Assembly: GCF_044704955.1 (NCBI RefSeq)
Contig: NW_027252026.1
Span: 434,001-498,000 of the forward strand
Direction: 5' to 3'
DNA: 64,000 nt
From: Pristiophorus japonicus
Taxonomy: Eukaryota
Shown here: positions 52,706 to 64,000 of the stretch, piece by piece
How positions within the stretch are numbered: the first letter of the stretch is position 1
How the letters are laid out: each line of letters starts with the position of its first letter
Translations under genes and position numbers: made by a program
The notes under the pieces: model-generated
What the model was told of the DNA's origin: nothing
The model's database searches: none
The model's input: only the letters and a program-made list of their open reading frames with translations

Positions 52706-55700
52706 ACTTTTGTATTAATTCTTGGGGGTCACTAGACACCAGACGTCGGAGGTCATCAGGCTGTATGCATGTGGCATGTGTGCTTGGTCACCTGTATATA
52801 AGCTGGGTGTCTTTGTCACGGTGGCACTCTTGGGCTGGAATAAAGATGGATCAAGTTGCACCTGAGTGAGTTTCCAGTAACCAGACTCTTGCGTCATTAC
52901 AATTGGCGACGAGGTAATTTAAGAACCTTCGCATGCACAATGAGCACTGTTGGAATCCTGGAGAGATTCGTGGAGGGCGAGGATTGGGTGGATTTTGTCG
53001 ACCGCCTGGATCAATATTTTGTGGCCAATGGCATGGAGGCAGAGGCCTACGCAGTTAAGTGCAGGGCAGTTCTCCTCACCGTTTGTGGTCTGAAAATTTA
53101 CGGCTTCATGAAGAATCTTCTCTCGTCTGTACATCCGGTGGAAAAGGTACGAGGAATTGTGTACATTGGTGGGTAACCATCTGAAACCAAAAGAGGGGAT
53201 CATCATATCACACTACCGTTTCTACACACATGTTCATGCTGAGAGCCAGGACGTGTTGGGATTTGTCGCCGACCTGTGACGTCTTGCTGAGCCGTGTAAG
53301 TTCGGGAACAAACAGTAGTAACAAGGTTGGGGATGGCATCAAACAGAAAATTAGGGATGTGTGCAATAAGGGTACAGCAGTTATCATGGGTGACTTTAAT
53401 CTGCATATTGATTGGGCTAACCAAACTGGTAGCAATACTGTGGAGGAGGATTTCCTGGAGTGTATAAGGGATGGTTTTCGAGACCAATATGTCGAGGAAC
53501 CAACTAGAGAGCAGGCCATCCTAGACTGTGTAACGAGAGAGGATTAATTAGCAATCTAGTCGTGTGAGGCCCCTTGGGGAAGAGTGACCATAATATGGTA
53601 GAATTCTTCATTAAGATGGAGAGTGACACAGTTAATTCAGAGACTAGGGTTCTGAACTTAAAGAAAGGAAACTTCGACGGTATGAGACGTGAATTGGCTG
53701 GGATAGACTGGCGACTGATACTTAAAGGGTTGATGGTGGATAGGCAATGGCATACATTTAAAGATCACATGGATGAACTACAACAATTGTACATCCCTGT
53801 GTGGCGTAATAATAAAAAAAGGGAAGGTGGCTCAACCGTGGCTAACAAGGGAAATTAGGGAAAATGTTAAATTCAAGGAAGAGCTATATAAATTGGCCAG
53901 AAAAAGCAGCAAACCTGAGGACTGGGAGAAATTTAGAATTCAGCAGAGAAGGGCCAAGGGTTTAATTAGGAGGGGGAAACTAGAGTATGAGAGTAAGCTT
54001 GCAGGGAACATAAACCCTGCAAAAACTTCTACAGATATGTGAAGAGAAAAATATTAATGAAGACTAATGTAGCTCCCTTGCAGTCAGAATCAGGGGAATT
54101 CATAATGGGGAACAAGGAAATGGCAGACCAATTGAACAAATACTTTTGTTCTGTCTTCACTAAGGAAGACACAAATAACCTCCTGAAAATACTAGGGGAC
54201 CGAGGGTCTAGCGAGAAGGGGGAACTGAGGGAAATCCTTAATAGTCAGGAAATGGTGTTAGGGAAATTGAAGGGCCTGATAGTCTGCACCCCAGAGTACT
54301 TAAGGAAGTGGCCCTAGAAATAGTAGATGCATTGGTGGTCATTATCCAACATTCCTTGCACTCTGGTTCAGTTCCTATGGATTGGAGGGTAGCGAATGTA
54401 ATGCCACTTTTTAAAAAAGGAGGGAGAGAGAAAACAGGGAATTATAGACCGGTTAGCCTGACATTGGTGGTGGGGAAAATGCTGGAATCAATTATTAAAG
54501 ATGAAATAGCAGCGCATTTGGAAAGAGGTGACAGGATCGGGCCAAGTCAGCATGGATTTATGAAAGGGAAATCAAGCTTGACAAATCTTTGAGAGTTTTT
54601 TGAGGATGTAACTTGTAGATTGGATAAGGGAACACCAGTGTATGTGGTGTATTTGGATTTTCAAAAGGCTTTTGACACGAAATTAGTGTGCAAAATTGAG
54701 GCACATGCTATCGGGGGTAATGTATTGACATAGATAGCGAACTGGTTGGCAGACAGGAAGCAAAGAGTGGGAATAAACGGGTCCTTTTCAGAATGGTAGG
54801 TAGTGACTAGTGGGTGCCGCAGGGTTCAGTGCTATGGCCCCAGCTATTTTCAATATACATTAATGATTTAGACGAAGGAATTGAATGTAATATCTCCAAG
54901 TTTGCAGATGACAGGAAGCTGGGTGGCAGTGTGAGCTGTGAGGAGGATGCTAAGACGCCGCAGGGGGACTTGGACAGGTTGGGTGAATGGGCAAATGCAG
55001 TATAATGTGGATATGTGTGAGGTTATCCACTTTAGTGGCAAAAACAGGAAGGCAGATTATTATCTGAATGGTGACAGATTAGTAAAAGGGGAGTTGCATC
55101 GAGACCTGGGTGTCGTGGTACATCGGTCATTGAAGGTAGGCATGCAGGTACAGCAGGCAGTAAAGAAATCAAATGGCATGCTGGCCTTCATAATGAGGGT
55201 ATTTGAGTATAGGAGCAGGGAGGTCTTACTTCAGACCACACCTTGAGTATTGTGTGCAGTTTTGGTCTCCTAATCTGAGGAAGGACACCCTTGCCACTGA
55301 GGGAATGCAGCGAAGGTTCACCAGACTGATTCCCGGAATGGCAGGACTGACATATGAAGAAAGACTGGATCAACCAGGCTTATATTCACTGGAATTTAGA
55401 AGAATGAGTGGGGATCTCAGAGAAGCAGATAAAACTCTGATGGGATTGGACAGGTTAGATGCTGGAAGAATGTTCCCGATGTTGGGGAAGTCCAGAACCA
55501 GGGTCACAGTCTAAGGATGAGGGGTAAGCCATTTAAGACCAACATGAAGGAAACTTCTTCACTCAGAGAATTGTGAACCTGTGGAGTTCTCTACCGTAGT
55601 AGTTGAGGCCAGTTTGTCAGATATATTCAAATGGGAGTTAAATGTGGCCCTTACGACTAAAGGAATCAAGGAGTATGGAGAGAAAGCAGGAATGGGGTAC

Positions 55701-58301
55701 TGAAGTTGCATGATCAGCCATGATCATATTGAATGGGGTGCAGGCTCGAAGGGCCGAATGGCCTACTCCTGCACCTACTTTCTATGTTTCTAAGACATGC
55801 GGCGTGATGTCTCAGTGATAGACATCAGCCATGATGCGATGCTCAGGAAGCTGTTGGCTGCAGATACGCTGGATTTGAAAAAGGCCATCGCGACTGCCCA
55901 GGTATGCATGACAACAGATGAGAATTTGAGGCAGATATCATCGACGAGTTGGAGTTCCATGGCAAGTACTGTGCACAAGATGGCGTTGTCTTCGGGCAGA
56001 ATTGCTTCCGCGAAACCTGCCGCTGCTCAGAGTCCGCCAACTGGTTCGATCCAGATTTCACCCTGTTGGTGATGTGGGGACAATTATCGGCCTCATCAGT
56101 GTCGGTTTATGCAATGGATGTTTAAAAGTGGGGCACCTTCACAGGATGTGTCCACAACGGAGCAAGCATGGTGCGGCTCACCACATGGTGGATGAGGATC
56201 AGTTCAGTGATGGCCCGGATACACAACCCGAGGAGGAAGTGAATGGACTGTATTCGTTCCTGAGCAAGAGCCAGCCGAATAGTGGTTAATGTGAAGCTGC
56301 ATGGCGTGCGTGTATCAATGGAGCTGGACACGGATGTGAGCCAGTCGATAATGAGCCAAAGGACATTCGACAAGCTGTGGGACACTAAGGCTGCGAAACC
56401 AAAGCTGAGTCCAGTCAATGCCAGGTTGTGTACTTGCACTAAGGAACTCATACCTGTGCTCGGCAATGCAGCAATCGAGGTGTCATATGATGGTGTGGTT
56501 CACGAGCTACCATTATGGATCATCCCAGGTCATTATCCAACGCTGTTCGGCAGGAATTCACTTGAGAAAATCAAGCTGAATTGGAATGATGTCAAGATGT
56601 TGTCCTGGGTAGATGATACTTAGTGTGCTCAAGTATTGAAAAAGTTTCCTTCTTTGTTTGAACCGGGCATTGGTAATTTTACAGGAGCCAAGGTGCAGAT
56701 TCACCTGGACTCGAATGCAAGGCCTGCCTATCACAAAGCTCGGTCTGTTCCGTGCATGATGAAGGACAAGGTTGAAATCGAGCTTGACAGACTCCAGCAT
56801 GAAGGGATCATATCACCGGTCAAGTTTAATGAGTGGGCCAGTCCCATTGTTCCTGTGTTGAAGAGTGATGGCATTGTCAGGATTTGTGGAGACAACAAGG
56901 TTATGATTAACCGATTTTCAAAACAGGATCAGTATCCATTACCGAGGGCCGATGACCTGTTCGCCATGCTAGCTGGTGGAAAGTCGTTCACGAAACTGGA
57001 TCTGACGTCGGCCTATATGACCCAGGAACTTGTCACAACTTCGAAGAAACTCACCTGCATCAACACCCATAAAGGACTGTTCGTCTACAACAGGTGTCCT
57101 TTTGGGATTTGTTCAGTTGCAGCCATATTTAAGAGGACTGTGGAGAGTTTACTGAAGTCCGTTCCTAGGAAAGATGTTTTTTGTCGTAGTAGATGCATAT
57201 TCTAAGTGGTTATTTCGTCATCCAGCACGTCTACAGCTAACATTGAGAGCCTTCGTATCATGTTTGCTACTCATGGTTTGCCTGACATTGTTGTGAGCGA
57301 CAATGGATCTTGCTTCTCAAGTCTTGAGTTTCAGGAGTTCATGAAACTCAATGACATCAGACATGTGAGATCAGCTCCTTCAAGCCTGCTTCTAATGGTT
57401 TAGCAGAGCGTGCCATTCAAACGATCAAGCAAAGTATGAAACATGTAACTCAGGGCTCACTGCAGAGACGGTTGCCATGTATATTGCTCAGTTACAGGTC
57501 AAGACTACATACACTTACTGGGGTTCCTCCTGCTGAACTACTGATGGAGAGAAATCTCAAGACCAGGCTTTCTCTTCATCCTGATTTGAATGATCATGTT
57601 GAAAACAGACGTCAAAGTCAGCAATGGTGTCATGATCGTGTTGCCATGTCACGTGACATCTCGGTCAACGATCCGGTTTATGTACTGAACTATGGTCAAG
57701 GTCCAAAGTGGATCGCCGGCACTGTTACAGCCAAGGAGGGTAACAGAGTGTTTATTGTCATGCTCAAGAATGGGCAAACATGCAGGAAACACCTTGACCA
57801 GGTTAAACTGCGGCACACGGATGAACTGGAACCAAGTGAGGAAGATGCAGTCAGTGACCAACCAGCCATTGTTGACCCATCAGAGGACTCTGCTGACATT
57901 ACTGACTCTGGACCTTCAGTCTCTGATGTGGTCATGACCACTCCCATCAGCTCAGCTACTCAGCCCTCAGTCTCAACGGACTCAGAACGCTCGCCCAGAG
58001 ACAAAGTTGAACTGAGACGATCAACTCGTGAGAGGAAAGCCCCAGACCATCTTAATTTGTAAAAAAAAAAACTCGTTAAGATTTTAAAAGGGGAATGTTG
58101 TTATGTATTAATACTTGAGGGTCACCAGACACCAGAGGGTGCCGCGGTCAGAGGTCATTGGGCTGTACACATGTGGCATGTGTGCTTGGTCACCTGTATA
58201 TAAGCTGGGTATCTTTGTCACGCTGGCACTCTTGGGCTGGAATAAAGAAGGATCAGGTTGCACCTGAGTGAGTTTACAGTAAACAGACTTGAGTCATTAC
58301 A
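52706..58301 (+). mobile_element. Gypsy LTR retrotransposon (LTRs about 52706-52901 and 58099-58301) inserted in a CR1 and carrying a nested CR1 (53310-55790)
   Basis: Direct LTRs ending GTCATTACA, PBS attggcgacgag, gag (DWVDFVDRLDQYFVAN), protease (MELDT), RT (WASPIVPV, KLDLTSAY) and integrase (VSDNG). The RT-RNase H region is deleted near 57170. The host CR1 resumes at 58302. Confidence 0.9.
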
Positions 58302-61085
58302 ATTTTCTAAATGTCCTGCTACTACTTCCTTAATAATAGATTCCAGCATTTTCTCAATGACAGATGTTAGGCTCACTGACCTATAATTTCCTGCTATCTG
58401 TCTCCCTCCTTTCTTAAAGAGGGGTGTTCCATTTGCAGTTTTCCAATCCTTGGGACCTTTCCAGAATCTAGGGAATTTTGAAACATTACAACCAATGCAT
58501 CCACTATCTCTGCAGCCACTTCTTTTAAGACCCAAGGATGCAGGCCATCAGGTCCAGGGGACTTGTCAGTCTTTAGTCCCATTAGTTTGCCGATTACTTT
58601 TTCTGAAGTGATGATAATTGTTTTTATTTCCTCCCGACCCTTTGCCCTTGATTTTCTATTAGTAGGATGCTTTTCATGTCTTCTACCGTAAAGACAGATA
58701 CAAATATTTGTTCAAAGTCTCTGCCATTTCCTTGTTTCCCATTATTATTTCCCCAGTCTCACCCTCTCAGGGACCAATATTTACTTTAGCTACTCCCTTC
58801 CTTTTTATATACGTGGCGTGGCGACCCCGACCAGCGAGGAAATACCAGCAGCAGGTCGGGGCCATAAAAGGCGAGCAGCGAGCGACCCTGGGAGCAGCGT
58901 GGTGACATGCCACTTCAGGGAGCAGTGCGAGCTGGTGCAAGAGGGCAACAGCAGTGCAGCGGGCAACTGGATTGGACATCACCAAGGTCCAGGTCGGTGA
59001 TTGGAACGTGGGCAGGTACAGCAGCAGCGGAGAGTTTGGGACACAGGAGCGGTGAGTTATCGTGGAGCGATGTGATCGAGGTCCAGGAGAGGCGTGAGTT
59101 CGGGGCCCAGCAGAGGCGAGGGCCCTGGAGCAGCAACTTCTTCACTCAGAGAATTGTTAACCTGTGGAATCCTCGACCGCAGAAAGCTGTTGAGGCCAGT
59201 TCATTAGATATATTCAAAAGGGAGTTAGATATGGCCCTTACGGCCGAAATGGCTTTCCCCTTATTCTTAGAGAGTGACTGGTTCTGGAACTCCCCAGCAA
59301 TGGGAACATTCTTTCTGCCTCTAACCTGTCCAATCCCGTCAGAATTTTATATGTTTCTATGAGATCCCCTCTCATTCTTCTAAACTCCGATGGATACAAG
59401 CGCAGTTGATCCAGTCTCTCCTCATAGGTCAATAAGGGGTGTGGAGAGAAAGCAGGAAAGGGGTACTGAGGTTGAATGATCAGCCATGATCTTGTTGAAT
59501 GTCGGTGCAGGCTCGAAGGGCCGAATGGCCTGCTCCTGCACCTAATTTCTATGTTTCTATGTTTCTACGTTTAACATGTAGTTCGGGACCAGGAATATCA
59601 GGTCTTTCATTGAAACACCTGTGAACTCATCCTTTTTTAGTGTGGAAGTGGGTCATCCTCGATACGAGGGACCGCCTAAGAGAGATATACTTGTAGAAGC
59701 TCTTACCGTCTGTTTTTATATTATTTGCTAGTTTACTCTCATAATCTATTTTCTCCTTCTTTATTCATTTTTTAGTTATCCTTTGGTGGTTTCTAACATT
59801 TTGCCAATCTTCTAGCCTACCACTAATCTTTGCAACATATCTGCCTTTTCTTTCAATTTGAGTCTTTCTCAATGGAATATATCTTTGTTGAGAATTATGA
59901 AATATCTCCTTAAATGTGTGCCACTGCTTATCTATTGTCTTACCTTTTAATCTAATTTCTCACTCCACATTAACCAATTCTGACTTCATAACTTTGTAAT
60001 TGCCTTTATTTAGGCTTAAGATATAGTTTCAGATCCAGGTTTCTCACCCTCAAACTGAACGTGAAATTTTATCATGTTATGCTCACTCTTCCCGAGAGGA
60101 TCCTTTACTATGAGGCAATCAATTAATCCTGTCTCATTGCACCTTACCAGATCTAAAATAGCTTGTACCCTGGTTGGTTCTACAATGTATGGTTCTAAGA
60201 AACTGTCACGAATACACCCTATGAACTAGTTGTCACAGCTACCTTTGCCAATTTGATTTGTTGAATCTATATGAAGATTAAAATTGCCCACGATTATTGC
60301 AGTACCTCTCTTAAAAGCCCCATTATTTCTTAATTTATACTCTGTCCTGCACTCCAAGGTCCCTCTGTTCCTCTACACTTCTCATTGTCCTACCATTTAT
60401 TGTATATTCCCTTGCCTTGTTAGCCCTTCCCAAATGCATTACCTCACACTTCTCCGGATTGAATTCCATTTGCCACTGTTCTGCCCACGTGACCAGTACA
60501 TTGATATCTTTCCTACAGTCTACAGCTTTCTTCTTCATTATCAACCATACAAAAAATGGTAGTATCATCGACAAACTTCTTAATCATACCCCCTATATTC
60601 AAGTCTAAATCATTGATATATACCACAAAAAGCAAGGGAACTTGTACTGAGCCCTGTGGAACCCCACTGGAAATAGCCTTGCAGACACAAAAGCACCCAT
60701 CGACCATTACCCTTTGCTTCCTTCCTCCAAGCCAATTTTGGATCCAACTTGTCACTTTGCCCTGTATCTCATGGGCTTACCCTTCATGACCAGTCTACCA
60801 TGTGGGACCTTATCAAAAGCCTTGGTAAAACCCATATATACTACATCGTACGCACTACCCTCATCAAACCTCCTTGTTACCTCCTCATAAATTCAGTCAA
60901 GTTAGTCAGACACTATCTTCCCTTAAAAAAATCCATGTTGACTGTCCTTGATTAATCTGTGTATTTCGAAATGAAGATTTATCCTGTCCCTCAGAATGTT
61001 TTCCCATAATCCTCCCACCACCGACGTTAGGCTGATAGGCCTGCAATTCTCGGTCTATCCCTTTCTCATTTTTTAAACAACAGTA
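58302..61085 (-). mobile_element. CR1-type LINE fragments
   Basis: [22 protein letters not shown] and FVDDT. Confidence 0.8.
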
Positions 61086-61089
61086 TAAT

Positions 61090-61580
61090 GGGCAGGGGGA
61101 GAGAGAGAGAGAGAGAGACAGTGAACAGGCGGGGAGAAAGAGAGAGGCCACGATTGGGCAGGTGAGAGAGAAAGGCCACGATCGGGCAGGGAGAGAGAGA
61201 GGCCATGATTGGGTGGAAGAGAGAGAGAGACCACGATCGGGTGGGGGGGAGAGAGAGAAAGGCCATGATTGGGCGGGAGAGAGATAGAGACCATGAACAG
61301 GTGGGGAGAGAGAGAGGGCTCGATTGGGTGGGGAGAGAGAGAGAGAGGCCATGATCGGGCGAGGGGGAGAGAGAGAGAGGCCACGATTGGGCAGGGGAGA
61401 GAGAGAGGCCATGATCGGGCAGGGAGAGAGAGAGGCTACGATCGGGCAGGGAGAGAAAGAGGCCATGATTGGGCAAGGGGGAGGGGGGAGAGAGAGAGAG
61501 AGACCACGATCGTGTGGGGGGAGGTGCGGGAGGGGAGGGAGAGAGAGGGCATGATTGGGGGAGGCGGAAGGGAAAGGAGA
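61090..61580. repeat. Short inverted copy of the same (GA)n-GGCCACGATCGGGC minisatellite in gene B
   Basis: Same unit, reverse complement, at the equivalent position downstream of gene B V1. Confidence 0.93.
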
Positions 61581-61990
61581 GAGTGCGCTATCTGGAGGAC
61601 TTGGGCATGTTGGGGACAATTTTCCCATAATTAACACGAACACCCACCCCTCCGATGCTCTCCCGCACAGCATGGGGGGGCAGAGGGTGGCAGGGGGTTA
61701 ATATCAGGGTCGATTTCATGGTTTAGAGCTCTCTAAATTATTCCTATTACTGCACTTTTCCCTCAACATGTATTTTACCGTTGAATCCTGTGTGTGAGAT
61801 TTTGTCCCACCATGTGCTCACAATTATTTGTTCTGTTAAAAACAAATTGAGTTTGGCCCAGATTTCACCCTCCATTCTGTAGTTAAAACTCAGTGTTACT
61901 GTAAAAGGAACAGCTTGTATAACATTTAAACAAGATGCTTGTACATAACATTATTAGGTATAAAACCAATATAACATAGAAGGCACTTAC

Positions 61991-62339
61991 TGGTTACTTT
62001 CAGCCGGGTTCCATTTCCATAGATTGTTCCCCAAAATACCACAGATATAGACCGCGCTGTCTCTGCGCTGCATACCTCTGATGGTCAGAATGTAGCTGTT
62101 ACTGGCATCATCTCTGGAGAGCTGAAACCGCTCAGAGAAACTGTGTGATCGGTCAACCCTGCCACCTACATAATGAGTAAATATTTTGTGTTTCCTATCC
62201 TGTGAGAGGTACCAGTGTACAGTATATTTATCCACATTCACATTGCTGCTCTCCAGGGTACACCGAAACTTCACCATCCCACCCTCGGGCACCGTCACAA
62301 CTTCTGGGGACTGGATAAGAACCGGACTTGTCTTTAGAC
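61991..62339 (-). pseudogene. Gene B exon V1: V-J Ig domain with +1 frameshift in the CDR3-like loop
   Basis: Acceptor ctattcacag|GT, donor A|gtaagt. GLKTSPVLIQSP...YICGI is followed by an extra T (A4 run at 62033-62036 on +). Removing it restores WGTIYGNGTRLKVT. Confidence 0.88.
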
Positions 62340-63317
62340 CTGTGAATAGTAAATAACTGATGATCAGAACTGATGAGGAACAACAAAAAGTAATAACTTG
62401 AAATGGAAGTGGCGATGATGTCACGACGCGTGTGTGTAACCCCGCTCTACCCTTCACTTAAGGTGAGAGCATTCAGCATTCAGAAACATCGGTCCACTGG
62501 GCCACCAGGGAGGGGCCAGGCCACTGACCCTGTTGCCGGCCCGGCTGAACCCGGGGCAATAATTGGCCGGCCGATCGGGAAGTCGGCCGGCAAAAATAAA
62601 AACATGGTGGCCGCGGCAGTGGGCCCTCCCCTTGAAGGGCCGCCACGCTGTCATGCTGCACACAGGCAGAACAAGGTGCACCAACAGAAAAAGCTGTCGG
62701 GGGCACCATGCAGCGGCTCGTGGATTTTTTAAAGTAACTTTGGGGCAGATTGCAATGGAGGTGCGGGATAGCGGCGGTGCGTGCTTTGATGACGCGCTTG
62801 TGGCTGAATTTGGGTCGGGGTGGCCAATGGACTGCAACATGGCGGCCACTTGATTTCGCCATGTGACCGTCGCAAAACGGCGGTAACCGGCCTTATACGG
62901 ACCCTGAATTTCAGCTAGTTGTTTTAAACATATCCTGAGCTTAGCTCTTTAACATCACACTGTACTTGCCAACAGTGTCAGCCTAGCTTCTTGTGCTCAA
63001 GTCTCTGGAGAGGGACTTGACCTGAGCCATGGCTGACACACAGCAGGGAGGGGTCGAGGGGGTGGAACATTGGGTTGGAGGCAGGCCTGAAGGGCAAAAG
63101 GTGTGCTGGTGTTGGGTGGGTATCAACAGGGCTCCACGTGAGCGACAGGGCGAGCTCGGCCAGGAGCAGTGCAGCTTCCTCCAGTTAGAGGCCGACCACA
63201 AAGCCCCAGGCAGAAAATCATCACAGAGCAGTTTAGTCAGGGGGTGGGCCATTTTATTGGGAGGTTAAAATATTCCTGCATTTTTCTATCAGTTACGTTT
63301 TAACTTGTGTTGTTTAC

Positions 63318-63393
63318 CTGTGTGTAACCAGAGGGCTCAGGGGAACATGTTTTGCAAAAGTATTTTGAGTGGTTTGATTGGTTGACCTTCCGT
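63318..63393 (-). pseudogene. Degenerate leader (signal peptide) exon candidate of gene B
   Basis: Phase-1 donor ACA G|gtaaac about 1 kb upstream of V1. Frame reads (ACG)EGQPIKPLKILLQNMFP*ALWLHT-G, joining in frame to LKTSPVL. ACG sits at the putative ATG and there is an in-frame TGA at 63337-63339. Confidence 0.5.
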
Positions 63394-63569
63394 TCTTTTC
63401 TGTTGCTGGATCTCGTGTCCTGTGTGCTGTAGTTATGAAGTTCTGATTGGTTGTATCTGAAAGGATTTTTAAAAAGAGGTGTGATTTGATTGCTTCAGAT
63501 TGTGTCATGTCCTGAATCACCGACCCCGATATTAACGCAGAGACGGGAACAGAGCGCGTGGGGCGGGAA

Positions 63570-64000
63570 CATAAGAACATAAGAATTAGGAATAGCAGCA
63601 GGACTCAGCTCCACTTACCCGCCCGCTCCCCGTAACCCTTAATTCCCTTATTGGTTAAAAATCTATCTATCTGTGACTTGAATACATTCAGTGAGCTAGC
63701 CTCAACTGCTTCCTTGGGCAGAGAATTCCACAGATTCACAACCCTCTGGGAGAAGAAATTCCTTCTCAACTCGGTTTTAAATTGGCTCCCCCGTATTTTG
63801 AGGCTGTGCCCCCTAGTTCTAGTCTCCCCCACCAGTGGAAACAACCTCTCTGCCTCTATCTTGTCTATCCCTTTCATTATTTTAAATGTTTCGATAAGAT
63901 CACCCATCATCCTTCTGAACTCCAAGGAGTAAAGACCCAGTCCACTCAATCTATCATCATAAGGTAACTCCCTCATCTCCGAAATCAGCCAAGTGAATCA
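63570..64000 (-). mobile_element. CR1-type LINE 3' end
   Basis: GLYSLEFRRM.GDLIETFKI...FFSQRVVNLWNSLP with an (ACATAAGA)n tail. Confidence 0.88.

Overview
Repeat-dense vertebrate genomic DNA. The CR1-type, L2, RTE and Tx1 LINEs, Gypsy LTR elements and Harbinger elements point to a cartilaginous fish such as a shark (inference). Most ORFs in the track are transposon remnants or low-complexity artefacts. Between the repeats lies an inverted, convergent pair of immunoglobulin-superfamily receptor genes built from germline-joined, non-rearranging V-J exons (no RSS seen). Gene A (+) splices in phase as V1 (3931-4281, premature TGA) - V2 (12327-12671) - TM (12814-12948) - cyt1 (13466-13539, PNYENISL) - cyt2 (14569-14931, ELYANQ). 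This is an uncharged-TM receptor with two YxN motifs; the TM and cyt1 exons are absent from the ORF track. Gene B (-) has a degenerate leader (63318-63393), V1 (61991-62339, frameshift at the same Trp codon) and V2 (48851-49195, about 97% identical to gene A V2). No TM exon is visible for B, but a candidate ITIM micro-exon (45909-45951, SIYSEL) suggests a paired activating/inhibitory VJ-receptor locus. A CpG-island promoter with an ATG-GCG-GCC-G|gtgagt first exon sits between the genes at about 32.8 kb.
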